64,000 nt of DNA, taken from the NCBI RefSeq assembly GCF_009914755.1, contig NC_060935.1. One strand, written 5' to 3'. Made by a program: the position numbers and the translations under genes. The DNA comes from the human T2T-CHM13v2.0 reference genome, Homo sapiens. How positions within the stretch are numbered: position 1 is the first letter of the stretch; the number at the start of each line of letters is the position of its first letter. The notes under the pieces were generated by a model. It was not told the DNA's origin and made no database searches. It worked only from the letters and a program-made list of their open reading frames with translations. Positions 1 to 13,149 of this stretch are shown piece by piece.

Positions 1-156
1 GTATTCTTACCACACACAACAAAGGTAACTATTTGAGGTGATAAATACGTTAATTAGCTTGAGTGTGGTAATCACTTCACAATGCATATGTATACCAGAG
101 ATATGTACTCCCTGAAAATACATAATTTTACTTGTCAATTATACCTAAATAAAGCA
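1..156 (+). mobile_element. Old L1M 3' end (L1MA/MB-like), cut by window edge
   Basis: ggtaactatttgaggtgat...gtggtaatcacttcacaatg...ttgtcaattatacctaaataaagc resembles an L1M 3' UTR with AATAAA and an A-rich tail. Confidence 0.7.
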
Positions 157-346
157 GAAAAGAAATTCTCTTGGAAAAAGAAAAAATAAAAGAAACAACA
201 CTCAACTGGTTGTCAGAGAGCCTGAGTTCTTGACCTTAGTCTGCCTCTATTCTTAATTCCTTTTCTGAACTCACAACTGAGTCAGATGAGTTCAGTGATC
301 TTTAAGCCACCTTTTAACTTTGAGTTGCTTAAAAAATATTTGCTTA

Positions 347-1287
347 TATTCTCAAACTTTGCATCTGACAAAGGACTAGTTTCCAGAATCTACAAGGAAT
401 TAAAACAAATCAACAAGAAAAAAACAAATAATCCCATCAAAAAGTGGACAAAGGACTTGAGCAGACATTTCTCAAAAGAAGACATACAACAGCTAACAAA
501 CATGAAAAAATGGCCAACATCACTAATCATCAGGGAAATGCAAATTAAAATCACGATGAGATGCTACCTTACTACTGCAAGAATGGCCACAATTAAAAAG
601 TCTAAAAACAATAGATGTTGGTATGGATGTGGTAAAAAGGGAACACTTTTACACTGCTGATGGGAATGTAAATTAGTGCAAATGACTATGTACAATACAT
701 GGAGATTCCTTAAAGAACTTAAAGTAAAACAACCATTCAGTCCAGCAATCTCACTACTAGGTATCTACCCAAAGGAAAAGAAGTCATTACATGAAAAAGA
801 CACAGGCACATGCATGTTTACAGCAGCACAATTCACAACAATAAAGATATGGAACCAACCTAAGCACCCATCAACTAACAAGTAGATAAAGAAAATGTGG
901 TATACATACAACATGGAATACTACTCAGCCATAAAAAGGAACAAAATAATGTCTTTTGCAGCAACTTGGATGGAGCTGGAGGCCATTATTGTAAGTGAAG
1001 TAACTCAGGAATGGAAAACTAAATATCCTGTGTTCTCACTTATAAGTGAGAGCTAAGCTAACCTTTGAGGACTCAAAGACATAAGAAAGATATAATGAAT
1101 TTTAAGAACTCTGGAGCGGGAATGTTAGAAGTCGGGTGAGGGATAAAAAACTACATATTGGGTACAGTGTACATTGCTTGGGTGATGGGTGCACTAAAAT
1201 CTCAAAAATCACCACTAAAGAATTTATACATGGAACCAAAATCTACCTGTACCCCAAAAACTATTGAAACAAAACAAAACAAAAAAG
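347..1287 (+). mobile_element. 5'-truncated L1PB-like element (ORF2 C-terminus plus 3' UTR)
   Basis: Degenerate ORF2 peptides ([10 protein letters not shown]..., IIREMQIK..., WNQPK), L1PB-type 3' UTR, (AAAAC)n tail. Exact 12-bp TSD AATATTTGCTTA at 335-346 and 1288-1299. Confidence 0.9.
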
Positions 1288-1469
1288 AATATTTGCTTAA
1301 GGAATGAAAAGAAATCTTAATTAAAGTCACTGAAAGGGAGTGGGGCCACATGTCTTTGTTTGACTGAGACTATTCTGGTTTATGCCTGCTGTCCTAGCAT
1401 CCTGCTCCATTTCATATTCACATGAGATTTTATTTTTAATTAAATATTAATAAGAAAATAAGCTAGGGG

Positions 1470-1886
1470 TCATGTAGTTGATACAGAGAAGTATCCCCCA
1501 AGTGCCTCTTCAGTGAAGAACTTGTTGCCCAGCTGTGGAGAGCGCAGTTGGCAGGCAATCTCCATCTGTCACTTCCATCAGGGTCGGCCTCAGATGCAAA
1601 GCAAATACCTCTCACAGAGCAGCTCACATCCATTGACTGAACAAGGCAAGGATATTTCAGCACTACACAGGCAACTCTGATGGGCAATATTTGCTCTAGT
1701 TCTTCCCACCAATTTGGCTGGGCTTTGTTGAACCTGCCTTGTTTCAAATTCTTCCTTCCCCCAAACCCTCTTTGTTCTCTTTCCTGTCATGGGTATTGAT
1801 CCCTAATAAGCATTTTACATTACACACAGACACAGACACACACACACACACACACACACACCTTCTAGCTAATCCAACCTGAAACA
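1470..1886 (+). mobile_element. ERVL solo LTR, LTR16-like, interrupted by (CA)n
   Basis: GC-richer block ending gatccctaataag...ccaacctgaaaca, like LTR16 3' ends (recalled consensus). Confidence 0.5.
1822..1862. repeat. (CA)n microsatellite
   Basis: Direct observation. Confidence 0.95.
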
Positions 1887-3458
1887 CAGGTGCTTCATAG
1901 ATCTCCACTTTGTACTGAGAACTTCTACCAAGTTCTCGGCTACTGTGGGGTGTGATGCATGTGCATGTGTTTAAGTAGAATAAAGATCAGCAATAAATCA
2001 TTTCTCTTTTTCCAGAACCTTCCAGATGTTACATAAATAACACCTCTGTGGCATGTGCAGGCGGTCACTGTCAATCCATTTTGATTACTCTTCCAGCCAT
2101 GCTGTCCAGTATCTTGATCATGCCCACCTTGACTCTATCAGTTAAGTATTGCCTGTTGGCTCCTGATCATATATAATAGCTTTTTATTTTATCTATATCT
2201 TGTTTGAATTTTTAATCTTTAGATTTGTTTGAATTTTAGTTTTCAGTATTTATCTAAAAGTAATCTGTCAATCATCTATCTATACGTGTGTGTGTGTATA
2301 TATAGATATATATTTAAAGAGTAGATGTAGGGCATGGATGTGCACACTACCACACATGAACATATCTTCAAGAGTAGTTGTCATTCATTCATACTCCCCA
2401 TATTATAGATCTTGGAGTATTATCCCCTCCTCCACCTACCAAGGAAAACACCACACCAATGCAGACACACAATACACACAAACACACTCACATGATGCTT
2501 GAAATAGAAGGTACAAATGAGTTTTCTCACAACATGTAGGAATTACTATTTAAATATGTAGACACAAAATGTGAACACCTAAAATAAGTAATTTCTCAGT
2601 AACATTTCTGAGCATGCACTGTAAGTCAGGCACCAACTGAGGTTCTTCATGGGCTAAAGGTCTAGCAGAGAAGAGGTCTAAATAATGTGCTTCTTTCCTT
2701 TTTTAAATAATTTTGTAATTGCATTCTAAATTATTTATCAAAAGATACAAACGCTACAAGTAAATAAGTGCTAAAGGTATGCTCTGAGAGTTTGGAATAG
2801 AACAGTCAACTTAGCCTGGATATGCTGGTAACAAAAAGCAAAAGAAGCGGAGAGGTTTTATAAAAAATAAAACAAACCAACAAAGGAAGTCCTTTTGAGC
2901 CGTGGTACTAGATAAGGTGAATATTTTTGCTCTGTTACATATATATCAATAATCTATAATGATAGAAAATTTAGAATTGAAAATAAAATCAATATTTTGG
3001 ATAATCAGAATTTCATCAGTTAAAGCATGTTTTATTCACTTTTTCACTCATCTAACAAACTTTTATTGAGTACCTATCATTTGTCACATACTGTGAACAA
3101 AACAAATTATTATCACCAAGGCAGCTCTGTTTATTAAGCACACACAAAAAATGCCAGGACAACAAAAGAACTTCAATGCCATTATAGCTACTTGAAAAGA
3201 ATTTAGAATGTAATTACAAAATTATTTAAAAAGGGAAAGAAGCACATTATCTCTAGGGATTTAAAGAAATTAATGGTTTGTCAAAATTTGCTATTTATTT
3301 TCCTTAGAAGTATGCATATTAATCTTAGAAAAACAAATTCCTTCTAAAAAGAAGAATTAAAGGGCAAACTTAGAGTATATCCATACCAACTAGAAAGATA
3401 TGGAGCATACATCTCCCTACTGAAAAGTTTGTTTAAATCAAGCGAATGTCCTTTATTA

Positions 3459-3537
3459 CCATGGTAACTCAATAATAATACATGGTAATGCATAGTAATA
3501 CATGGTAACTGAATAGTAACAATATAATAGTAACAAT
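3459..3537. repeat. About 20-bp imperfect tandem repeat, three copies (CATGGTAA...TAATA)
   Basis: catggtaactcaataataata / catggtaatgcatagtaata / catggtaactgaatagtaac. Confidence 0.85.
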
Positions 3538-3643
3538 GTTGCTATTTAAACTATTGGTTTCAGATAAACATGAGAGGCTCTCAAATTAGTACTACTTTAC
3601 ATAAACCAGGAAATCAAGTTGCAACTTATTAAAGATATAGGCA

Positions 3644-3908
3644 GGCCAGGTGTGGTGGCTCATGGCTACATTCCCAATATTTGAAAGCTTGAGGCCAGGG
3701 ATTTGAGACCAGCCTGGGCAACACAGCAAGACCCTTGCTCTTCAACAAAGTTTAAAAAATTAGCCAGATGTGGTGGTATACACCTGTAGTCCTCACTACT
3801 TGGGAAGCTGAGACAAGAGGATTGCTCAAGCCCAGGATTTTGAGGCTGCAGTGAGCTATGATTATGCTACTGCACACCAGCCTAGGTGACAGAGTGAGAC
3901 CCTGTCTC
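3644..3908 (+). mobile_element. Alu (AluJ-like, small left-arm deletion), tail replaced by (TC)n and (TA/CA)n
   Basis: ggccaggtgtggtggctcatg...gaggctgcagtgagctatg...gacagagtgagaccctgtctc. Confidence 0.92.
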
Positions 3909-6057
3909 TCTCTCTCTTTCTCTCTCTCTGTTTGTGTGTATATATATGTTTACATACACACATACATATATACACACACATATATATTTGCCTATATATA
4001 TTACATATGTAGACAAATCTTGTGTCATAAGATTCTAGGATTCAAATGAAAATGATTTATAATTCTAGAAGAAAATAAAATGATTTACAATTCCAGAAGA
4101 AAAAACCCTATCACTCGCATGCTCTGGTTATATAAAACTATCTTTTTTGCAAATATTAAGGCCATGTCAAAGCAATATAAAAAACAGAACTTTATACTGT
4201 CTTACATAAGGGGAAAAAAATCCCTAAACCCATACATGTAATTTTCAGAAGATGAGATGTATGTACAACCAGAGCTAATGAATGAATAAGAACACTAATA
4301 GGAAAACAAAATAAGCAACATAAAAATCCTCTACTTGACATGTATTCTCCATAGTATTCCTGTAATATTTTCTGAACTATACCAAAATTTATCTACTATC
4401 ATTCACACATTATGTGGAATTGAATTATCTGTATCTTAGAATTTATTTCTTTCAAAATAATTATACCACTTTACAGCAATAATGAACTGAGAAATTAGGA
4501 AACAACTCCCTCAATTTGGTATGCTGTAGACAAGGAAACTAAAAACCAACCAGCTGGCTGATTGTCTCAAGGTCACATGGCTAGAAAGAGGCAAAGATAC
4601 TTAAAGAAAAGACAAAAACAAAACAAAAACACTCACAGTCCAGGGTTCTTTCCACTGCCGTCATACTGCCTTATTCTCTCCCGAGAATATACAGTACTCC
4701 CTTTTCTCCCCTCCCTCCTTTTACTTTCTTCTTGCCTAAGGATTACAGGATAAGAGAAAGCTTAGCAGGGTCATATGCCATCTGCATGCCTCAACATCTG
4801 GTACTTTTAAATACTGTAAGGTCTGAAGGTAGACAATGCAGTATTACACAAAGGAAGAATATTTAATGGATCCTTTTATTTCCAGGGGGAGCAGAGTGAT
4901 AAAAGTCTATTTCTGTGATACTCATTATTTTGCTTCTTATTTGTTTAACACTTTATTTTAAAAAAATCAAAAGCAGTTTTTGAAAGAACTACAGACAGAC
5001 TTCTTGGCCCCTAAATACATCAATGAATCAATGCCTAGAACTGGATTTCTTATAAAATATAAATTGGCGTTTATTGCCACAGAGGCTAAACTATAACAAA
5101 AAATGAAAGAGGGTGGGAAAAAAAAAACAGTTTCAAAGAAAGTGAAGGCAAATAACAGACATTGTTGGGTAAACACATTATTGCTACTAAGCTTTCTACA
5201 ATCCACCTTTTAAGAAAAATGTTATATTTTCATTTGTCACATCAAATGCATTTTTTTTTAACAATGTTGGCTTTCATCAAAAGAAACACCTCAGACTGAT
5301 CAAGACTCAGCTCCATACTAATTCAGTTCCTGGCTTCTGCAGAAACTGAATATATCTTAGATGTGTATTCAAGAAAAAACAGGCCATTTTATCCAAGACC
5401 AAGACCACCCCCACAAAAAAAAAAAAAAAAAAAAAAAACAGGAGATTTTCTTTTATGTTTTATGAAGTTCAAATCTAAAGAACCGAGCAAATAAAATCAA
5501 TGCCATGCAATATATGGGCCTTTAAAGCCAATAGAAAACAGCCATGTAGTGAGTCTTCTCTGTTCTTAAATAGAAGATGTCTTGGCCGAAGACCAAGACT
5601 ATGGATCAGGGAAAAACAACAAGCAAATACATAAAATGATTAGCAAGTGTATCAAGAAAATGAGTACTTAAAAATGTTCCTGATAATAATGATAATGGCA
5701 CAAAACCCTTGTCCTTTTGCTTCCTTTGAAATTACTTAGTCCATTAACGCTAGGCTCATTTGGCAAACTGACATATGCCTTCTTAGCCATTCAGTACATT
5801 ATGTGGTGTTTTTGACATTGATTAATAAATTATGTTACCAAGAAAATCCCTCATAATTCTTATTTTCTTCCATGTTACATAGTAAAATCAAGTAGAAAAT
5901 ACTGGATAACAGAGACTCTAAGCAACTTTTAGGAACAGAACAATTCTAATAAAAATATAACAATCCATAAAAAGAAACCACTTCACCACAATAACTCTAC
6001 TTCCAGGTCCAGTAATTGTATGATTTGTTTATTTTCAAAACTAAAAAGTAACATTTT

Positions 6058-6379
6058 GGCCAGGCACAGTAGATCACTCCTGTAGTCACAGCACTTTGGG
6101 AGGCCGAGGTGGGCTGATCGCTCGAGCCCAGGAGTTTGATTAGCCTGAGCAACATGGCAAAACCCTGCCTCTACAAAAAATATAAAAATTAGCCAGGCAT
6201 GGTGGTCTGAGCCTGTGGTCCCAGTTACTCAGGAGGCTGACATGTGAGGATCCATAGATCCTTCCATAGATCCTGGAAGGTCAAGGCTGCAGTGAGCCAT
6301 GACCATATCACTGCACTCTAGCCTGGGAGACACAGCAAGACCTGTCTCTAAAAACTGAAAAGAAAAAAAAAAAAAAAAG
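6058..6379 (+). mobile_element. Alu (AluJ-like) with an internal 12-bp tandem duplication
   Basis: Full dimer with poly(A). TCCATAGATCCT occurs twice at 6251-6274. Confidence 0.93.
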
Positions 6380-7990
6380 AACATTGTGAAAATTGGATAG
6401 AAAACAAAAATTTGGTATTTACTCCTATGTTTGGGTTTGTGAAATGGCTGGAACGAATAAAACTTAATGACTGGTGAATTCTTTATTTACTAAGCAATTT
6501 TTATATTTCTGTAGTATTTTAAGTGAGCTGTAACCTACTAAAAAACATGACAGCATATATTTAACGTTCATAAAATGAGAAACCAAGGGAAAAACAATTT
6601 ATCTTCTTTCCTGAGAATGGATGGGCACTTAAATTGTAGTACACATATAATGTGCCTCTCATTTTCCTGATAAAAAAATTTCCTTGATTTCTGAGGCTGT
6701 AGAATTTATGCCCAGTTCACATTCATTGAATGATTTATTATATTGTGATAGTAAATAAGCCATGTTAAGTTTCATCATTATCCTAAATGATTTCCACATA
6801 GACTCACAAGAGGCCAGAACTGCAGTGTTTCATTATACAAAGCATATATACTTTAAGATACAATAGGTTAATCCTCATCCTGACACAGATCCATCTAGAT
6901 ATATACACAGGTAGTTACATCTGTATTTGCCATTCATCTTCTGCTGCTAATCACAAGCCAGATCAGTATAAAAATCAATCATTCTCATAGTTCTGGGGAA
7001 ATGTAGAAACAGGAAGAATTTAGCAATAGGCCCATTTGCTATGTGCCTCTTTTTGTACACTAACTCTCTCCACTTACTGGTCTCCAATGCCCTCAGTAAT
7101 TCGCAGCAATATGTACCATCGCCAGACCTTTCCTTTGCATCTTCCTAATGACATGATTTTTATGAGGCTAACAGTGATATTGCTCAGTCTTATTTATTTA
7201 TTTATTTATTGGCTTTTTGCAGCAATCATAGATCACTCCTTTCTCAAAACTCAAAAGATAAAGTCTTCCATTTGCTTGACACTAAAAAATCTTTAATGTG
7301 ATGTGTTTGCCTCCAGCCTAGTCTTCTTCCTTTCTATTTGATATAACATTGGCAGGGTGACCCATATAAAGGGCAAATTTGATTTCAGTTCCTGTTTAAA
7401 ACTCCTCAATATTTCACCAGCATCTTTTGGGAAACGACCAAGTTTCATAGCAAGATCTACAAGCTCTTCCTTGGCCTAATATTTGGATGCCACCCCAGCC
7501 AGGCCTCCCAATAGCATGACATTTTCCTGACATTCCAAGCTAGTTCACCCTTCTGAGCCATTCAAGCTATTTTTTCTCCGTGGAATAATCCCCCACTCTA
7601 GGCAAGTTCTATATATCTCTAACACTCAGTTTGACCCAGAAAGCCTCCCAAGTTTTCTTCCCAGAAACTTGTACATCTTCCATTTGCTCCTGGAACTATA
7701 TCCTAAATCTCTCCAGCAATATAAAACTTCCTGTCTCCACTTCATTCTCATCATTCAAATAAGTGTATAAATATATTATAACATAATTAGTATATTGTTA
7801 TAATTATTATAAAATAATCATATATCTTTAACTTATATCTTCTTCGTCCTTATTTCCTCCTTTCAGCTGCTGACTTATTTCTTTATTTCACTTTACATAC
7901 AAACTTCTTAGAATTTGTCCAGTGGTATTCTGGCAAATGTTTAATAGCCAGGTCTAATGATAGATAAATACATAAGACCTACTTTATGGT

Positions 7991-8395
7991 TGTCTTTGTT
8001 AGAGAGCTGCTATAACAAAATACCACAAATTAGTTAATTTATAAACCACAGAAATTTATTTATCACAGTTCTAAAGGCTGGGAAGTACAAGATCAAGGCA
8101 CCAGCAGCTTTGATGCCTGGTAAAGTCTGCTCTCCGCTTCTAAGCTGGTGCCTTACTGCTGTGTCCTTACATAACAGAAGAGCAAAAGAGCAAAGGGGGA
8201 GGAACACACATGGTAGAAGAGCAGAAGAGAGTCAATCAACTCCCTCAATCCCTTTCATAAGGCACTAATCTAATCCATGAGGGCTTTATTCTCATGATTT
8301 AATCATCACCTAAAAGTCCTACCTCTTAATATTATCATATTGGTGATTAAATTTCAATATACGAATTACAGGGGACACATTCACACCATGGGAAT
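7991..8395 (-). mobile_element. MaLR LTR (MST-like), probably nested in a MER63-like hAT remnant (about 7920-8530)
   Basis: gctgctataacaaaataccac...ggctgggaagtacaagatcaaggcaccagcag...cacattcacaccat is typical MST/MLT1A sequence. Flank cagtggtattctggcaaatgtttaa resembles a MER63 end. Confidence 0.75.
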
Positions 8396-11300
8396 GATGT
8401 TGGTCAATTTCTGTGGAATAACTACTATCACTGTGAGTGATGGGAAGCTATCAGACATGACTTCACTGACTATGGAGGTGGGAAGAGAAGCACTTCTCTC
8501 AAGCCCTAGGAGGTAACCCAAGCATACTGCCAGACTGGTCTATACTTAACAACTCCACATCCTCTCTTACTTTATTGCCTCTTAAACTTTTTAAAGATAT
8601 ATTTTTATAGATATAAAATACTCTCTTACTTTTATTATCTCTTAAACTTTTTTAAGATATATATTTTTAAAATAACCCATTTATGGAGCTATTTTAAACC
8701 TGTTCTTTAGTCCTTGTATGCTGCAAATGCAATTCCCCTATATATTTCTCCTCTTTATTCAGGGCTCTGTTCAGAGAGCTTTTCTAACCTTGTGTAACAG
8801 TGCAGATCCAGGCAGAAACATGACTGCATAAGTTAAGTGGAAGAAGTTCATTAGAGGGAACTAATGACTCAGGTGAGGGAAGAAGTGAGAAGCCAAATTG
8901 AGGATGGTGAAAAAATACAAAGAGTGGAAGAAAATTACTACCATCCACAGGGGCTGGGAGGACATAGGGTATAGGTGAGGCTACTACAATCTATAAACCA
9001 TGGCTAAGTGGCAGGAGATAGAGTCACACCAAAACATCTCCAAAAAAAATGATAAACTCCCCATGGACCAAAACACAATCTCTATAAGAGCGGAGACTTT
9101 GTCACTTTTGCTCAATGCTGTATCTCCAGTGACTAATAAACAGTCTGGAACACAGGAGCTGTTTAACATACATTTGATTATTAGCCAAAGTTAATAGTTT
9201 AAATATTATCTTCCACAAATGACTAATCGTTGTAATTCACTAGTCATGGCAACAGCAACAACAAAAAGAGTACTTCCAGGCACTCCTTTGGGTATATAGC
9301 AGTTGATAATGAATATTTGTTATAAGCTTAAAGTTTACATTGTATGAATATGAATTATGTAAAATCTGTGAGATTCCATATATCCAAATATGATTTATTT
9401 ATTTATTTGTTTGTTTGTTTATTTATTTATTTATTGGCTTCTTGCAGCAACCAAAAGCCATTCACAGTGATATCTAGTGCAAGGTGGTTGATGTAATTGG
9501 CCTAAAATATGTTGTCATAATAAAGTAATAACATTAATATAAATTAGTGTGGTTATAATCTGACTTACAAGGAGTTTCCAAAAATGAAAAAAAAAATACT
9601 TTAAACACGTAACACATGTTCTGTTTAAATCTTTTCATGAAAAATCTGAATAAAGCCTATAACACGACTGGCTCCTACAGTGATATAGAAACAAATAAGA
9701 GAGTTATCAACTCTTTTGTGGCCCAGTCCTTAACTAAACCTATATTTAAGATTACTTGCACTGTGAGAAGTCAATATATTATGTGACTGAGGCAAATCCA
9801 CAATAATATATGGCCCTGTCTTCTCATTTTTAATCCTAAAAGATAACCATATCTTCTCACTGTAGAAAACTTTTCCAGTAGACAACATGGGAATTTATAC
9901 CCAAGATTCATAGAAACATCATGTGATACATGCTACAAGTCCTTTATTGAATATTTACTCACAATTATTGCTAATTCATTAACTGCTGAAGGGATCAATG
10001 GCAGAAAGTTTACATTAATTACATGTGGATGTTATGTATTTAATTCTGTTGTAGCACAACACAAACACCTGTGGAATAAGTGGCTATTTAGACCACCAAA
10101 ATAAGCAAGGGTATAGCATTATCTCAGACATTAATCAATACTAATCATATGTAACGAAGAAATTAACAAAACATTTTTGTACACTTAAAATGATAATCAA
10201 GTCAATAATCTCTGACCATATGTTTGAAACTGGAAAGAATGGCTGCTTCTAGAAGAGCAATAAGGTATTCATTCAATTAAAAGAGAAATCTACTTGGGTA
10301 ATCCACTCCATCTACTGTACTAGCATCATTTCAAGAAAAAACACTGAATCATGTCTAAAATGTTTTAAGGGTCTTCTAAACTTTAACAGGTCTTCCACGT
10401 ATCTAGGAGATGCAATTAGAGGTCTGGTGAAAATGAAAATCTAGACAACAAATATGAGACTTGGTGCTTCTTTGTCTTGTGCCGCATAGCTGCTTCCCTT
10501 GCTCCTCCAGCACTCTATAGCTAGGTATAGTTGATTAGTCTTGGAGAGATCATTTCTGGAGCTATTTTAAACCTGCTCTTTAGTCCCTGTATGCTGCCAA
10601 TGCAGAACATATTTCAGCAAATAAAAAGTCATATTAAATATCTCTAAGTCAGTTTTAAAAAAATAAACCTTTGATATTCAACCTCTTAGGTATCTCTTTG
10701 GTATTTCCTATACCTACTGCTCTTAATACCGAGTTTTAATCAATTCTTTTAGAATAAAAACCAATGATTCTTGATTTTGAAGGTAATGCTCCTACTTTTC
10801 CTTCAATAGTTGTAATCTCATTGTTGTAAGGCAGCTAAATCTCTTTGAACTAAAGTGTCAGATAATGACATGACTATTTAGGTGTTCTCTGCATGACTGC
10901 TTATATTTTTTTCCAAGTCAACAAATATTTCAAGTCAACAACAAAGAAGGTCTATTAATTGAAAAGCATCTGACTAGAACTGAACTCTGAATAGAATGAT
11001 CTTGTTTCTCTCAGTGACATAATACATTAAAAAGGGAGAATAAAATTAACACTATTAAGTGTTCCTAATAGAGATGATTAAAATAGTAAGACATCATTTA
11101 TTTTAATGAGCTACTGGTAATAAAAAATAACTTTGTGAAAAAACTCAGTAACAATAGCTAATAATAAACCATCAGGAGTTTCTGCTTAATCTTATGAATT
11201 AAATTATGTTTTCATTGCATGTTTTCTTTCAGATATAGAATTCTATCAATTTACCATTCATGACTGAATTTAATTCCTACTATATTGGGATTCTCACCAG

Positions 11301-13088
11301 AAAAGAACTTTCCTTATTTTTTATTTCCAAAACAGTAGAAAAAAAAAACACTGTGATAATATCAACTTATATTGGGCATATTGTGATTATTCATATGTTC
11401 ATACTCCACCAGTGTATACCTATCAGAGGACGACCATGATCTCTTTTGAATGCTACCATCTGAAAATTATCCATGTAAGCCTGGTTTTTCATGACTCTGA
11501 ATGAGTTATTACTGCTCAAAGATCTTTTTAATTCACTTAGATGTTTGCCCATTAAATCCTATGTTGCAGATTTCCTTCCTTTTTTTTAAGTCTCCAATTC
11601 CAAGCTGGCTACCCTTTCTAAAGACATTACATTTTATACATACCAATATTATTTTTTTTAACTCTATGAAATAACCTCCTTATATAAACTATTGTTCTCC
11701 TCATTTCAAAACACATCTTTCTTATTATCCAACATCTTATCCTTCCCTGGTTTTTAGAGATATTAGGTTCTTCCTTCTAATGCTACCTTCTTAACTTGTA
11801 TTCACAAATCCATTACTTCCAATTTCCATCCCCACCCCTCCACTGCCTCCTTCCCCTCTGCCTTTAAGTACCTTCAAGTCTTCCCTTGATTTTAATCTGT
11901 CCAACTAGCAACTTAATTAATACCATTTTCATCATAGTGCTTCAAATGCTTCAAAAATTCCCTAAAGTCCCTTGGTTACTCTAATATTTTGCTGAGGCAT
12001 TCATAATCTTCACCAAGCTGGCCCTAAATGGCTTTTCTGTGCTACTACCCAGAACAAAATCTTTGCTTTTGTTTGATTGACTTTGTCTTTGTTTCATTTT
12101 GTTTGATTGACTTTGCTTTTGTTTAATTGATTAAAGACTGATTGGATTCATCCTTTCCAAAGAGAGTTAATCATTGCCTTTCCTGATTTTTGACAACACT
12201 GTGACTTTCACTTAAATTACCTACATCTTTCTTCATTTGCCTGACTCCTAAGCTTCAGTTCAAATTCTGTCTTTTCTGTGAAGCTTCTCTTACAGCCCTA
12301 GACCACATTTAATCTACACTTTTCTGGTTCCCTACAGATTTTACTTACCAACTCCTCGTTTAGCACCTAAGTATAAGAATATTTAAATTTACTTTTGCAT
12401 TCATGTTTATATCTGCATTCTTTCCTGTAACAATAACATAACCAACCAACTAACAAGCCAACATTTACTGAGTACTCACTTGTCAGTTACTCTGGCGGGT
12501 CAAGGAAATATTAATATAAGAGAGAATAATGTTTCTTTTATTTACTCAAAGCTCTTACTACAATGCATCTCTCAGGTAATAAAAAGTATTTACTGAAGAC
12601 AAGTAAAGTATCACCAACAGGCCTGCTGTGAAAAATATCTATTCCAAAGTTACTGTGAAGTTGCCCTATATACTGGAACACCACAAAAAATGTCATGCAA
12701 GAACTGGAAGATTTGTGTGATCTCAATATCAGGTGTTGATTATTTTGACTCATGTTTTCTAAGAAACACATTTCAGCATTCCCACTATTGCCAGCACACC
12801 TGACAAGTAGGTAGAAACTTATGATTTGCAAGCACACTGAACAATATATTATTAATAATTACTGATATCAAAGGTATTCTGATTGCAAAAATGCATCTTA
12901 AAAGAGAAAACACAGATGTCAAAACTGTACAAGCAAAAAAAAAAAAAAAAAAAAACAAAAAAAAACCCAGAACAGCTTGAAACACATACACATCTCTATA
13001 CATGCTGGTAGTTATATTAAAACACATTCAAATTATTACATTCCACTATTTTCAAAGAATGTATCTTAAAACTGTATGTTCTACATAC

Positions 13089-13149
13089 CTGTCCAGTCTC
13101 CTACTATTTTAAGATGAACCCCAAATGTTGCTTTGGTTTCAGTTGGACA
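13089..13149 (-). CDS. NOX4: NOX4 coding exon 12 (61 bp), FAD domain
   Basis: tttttttttag|TGT CCA ACT...TGG ACA G|gtatgt = CPTETKATFGVHLKIVGDWT(E). Follows a 26.5-kb intron. Confidence 0.96.

Noticed and set aside
3459-3537. Spaced short direct repeats as a CRISPR-like array (also 12061-12130, 48075-48125)
   Set aside because: Simple tandem duplications without unique spacers, in eukaryotic intron DNA.
1-13088. NOX4 exon 13 (ERFRDLLLPP...)
   Set aside because: Not seen on the minus strand. It probably lies left of the window.
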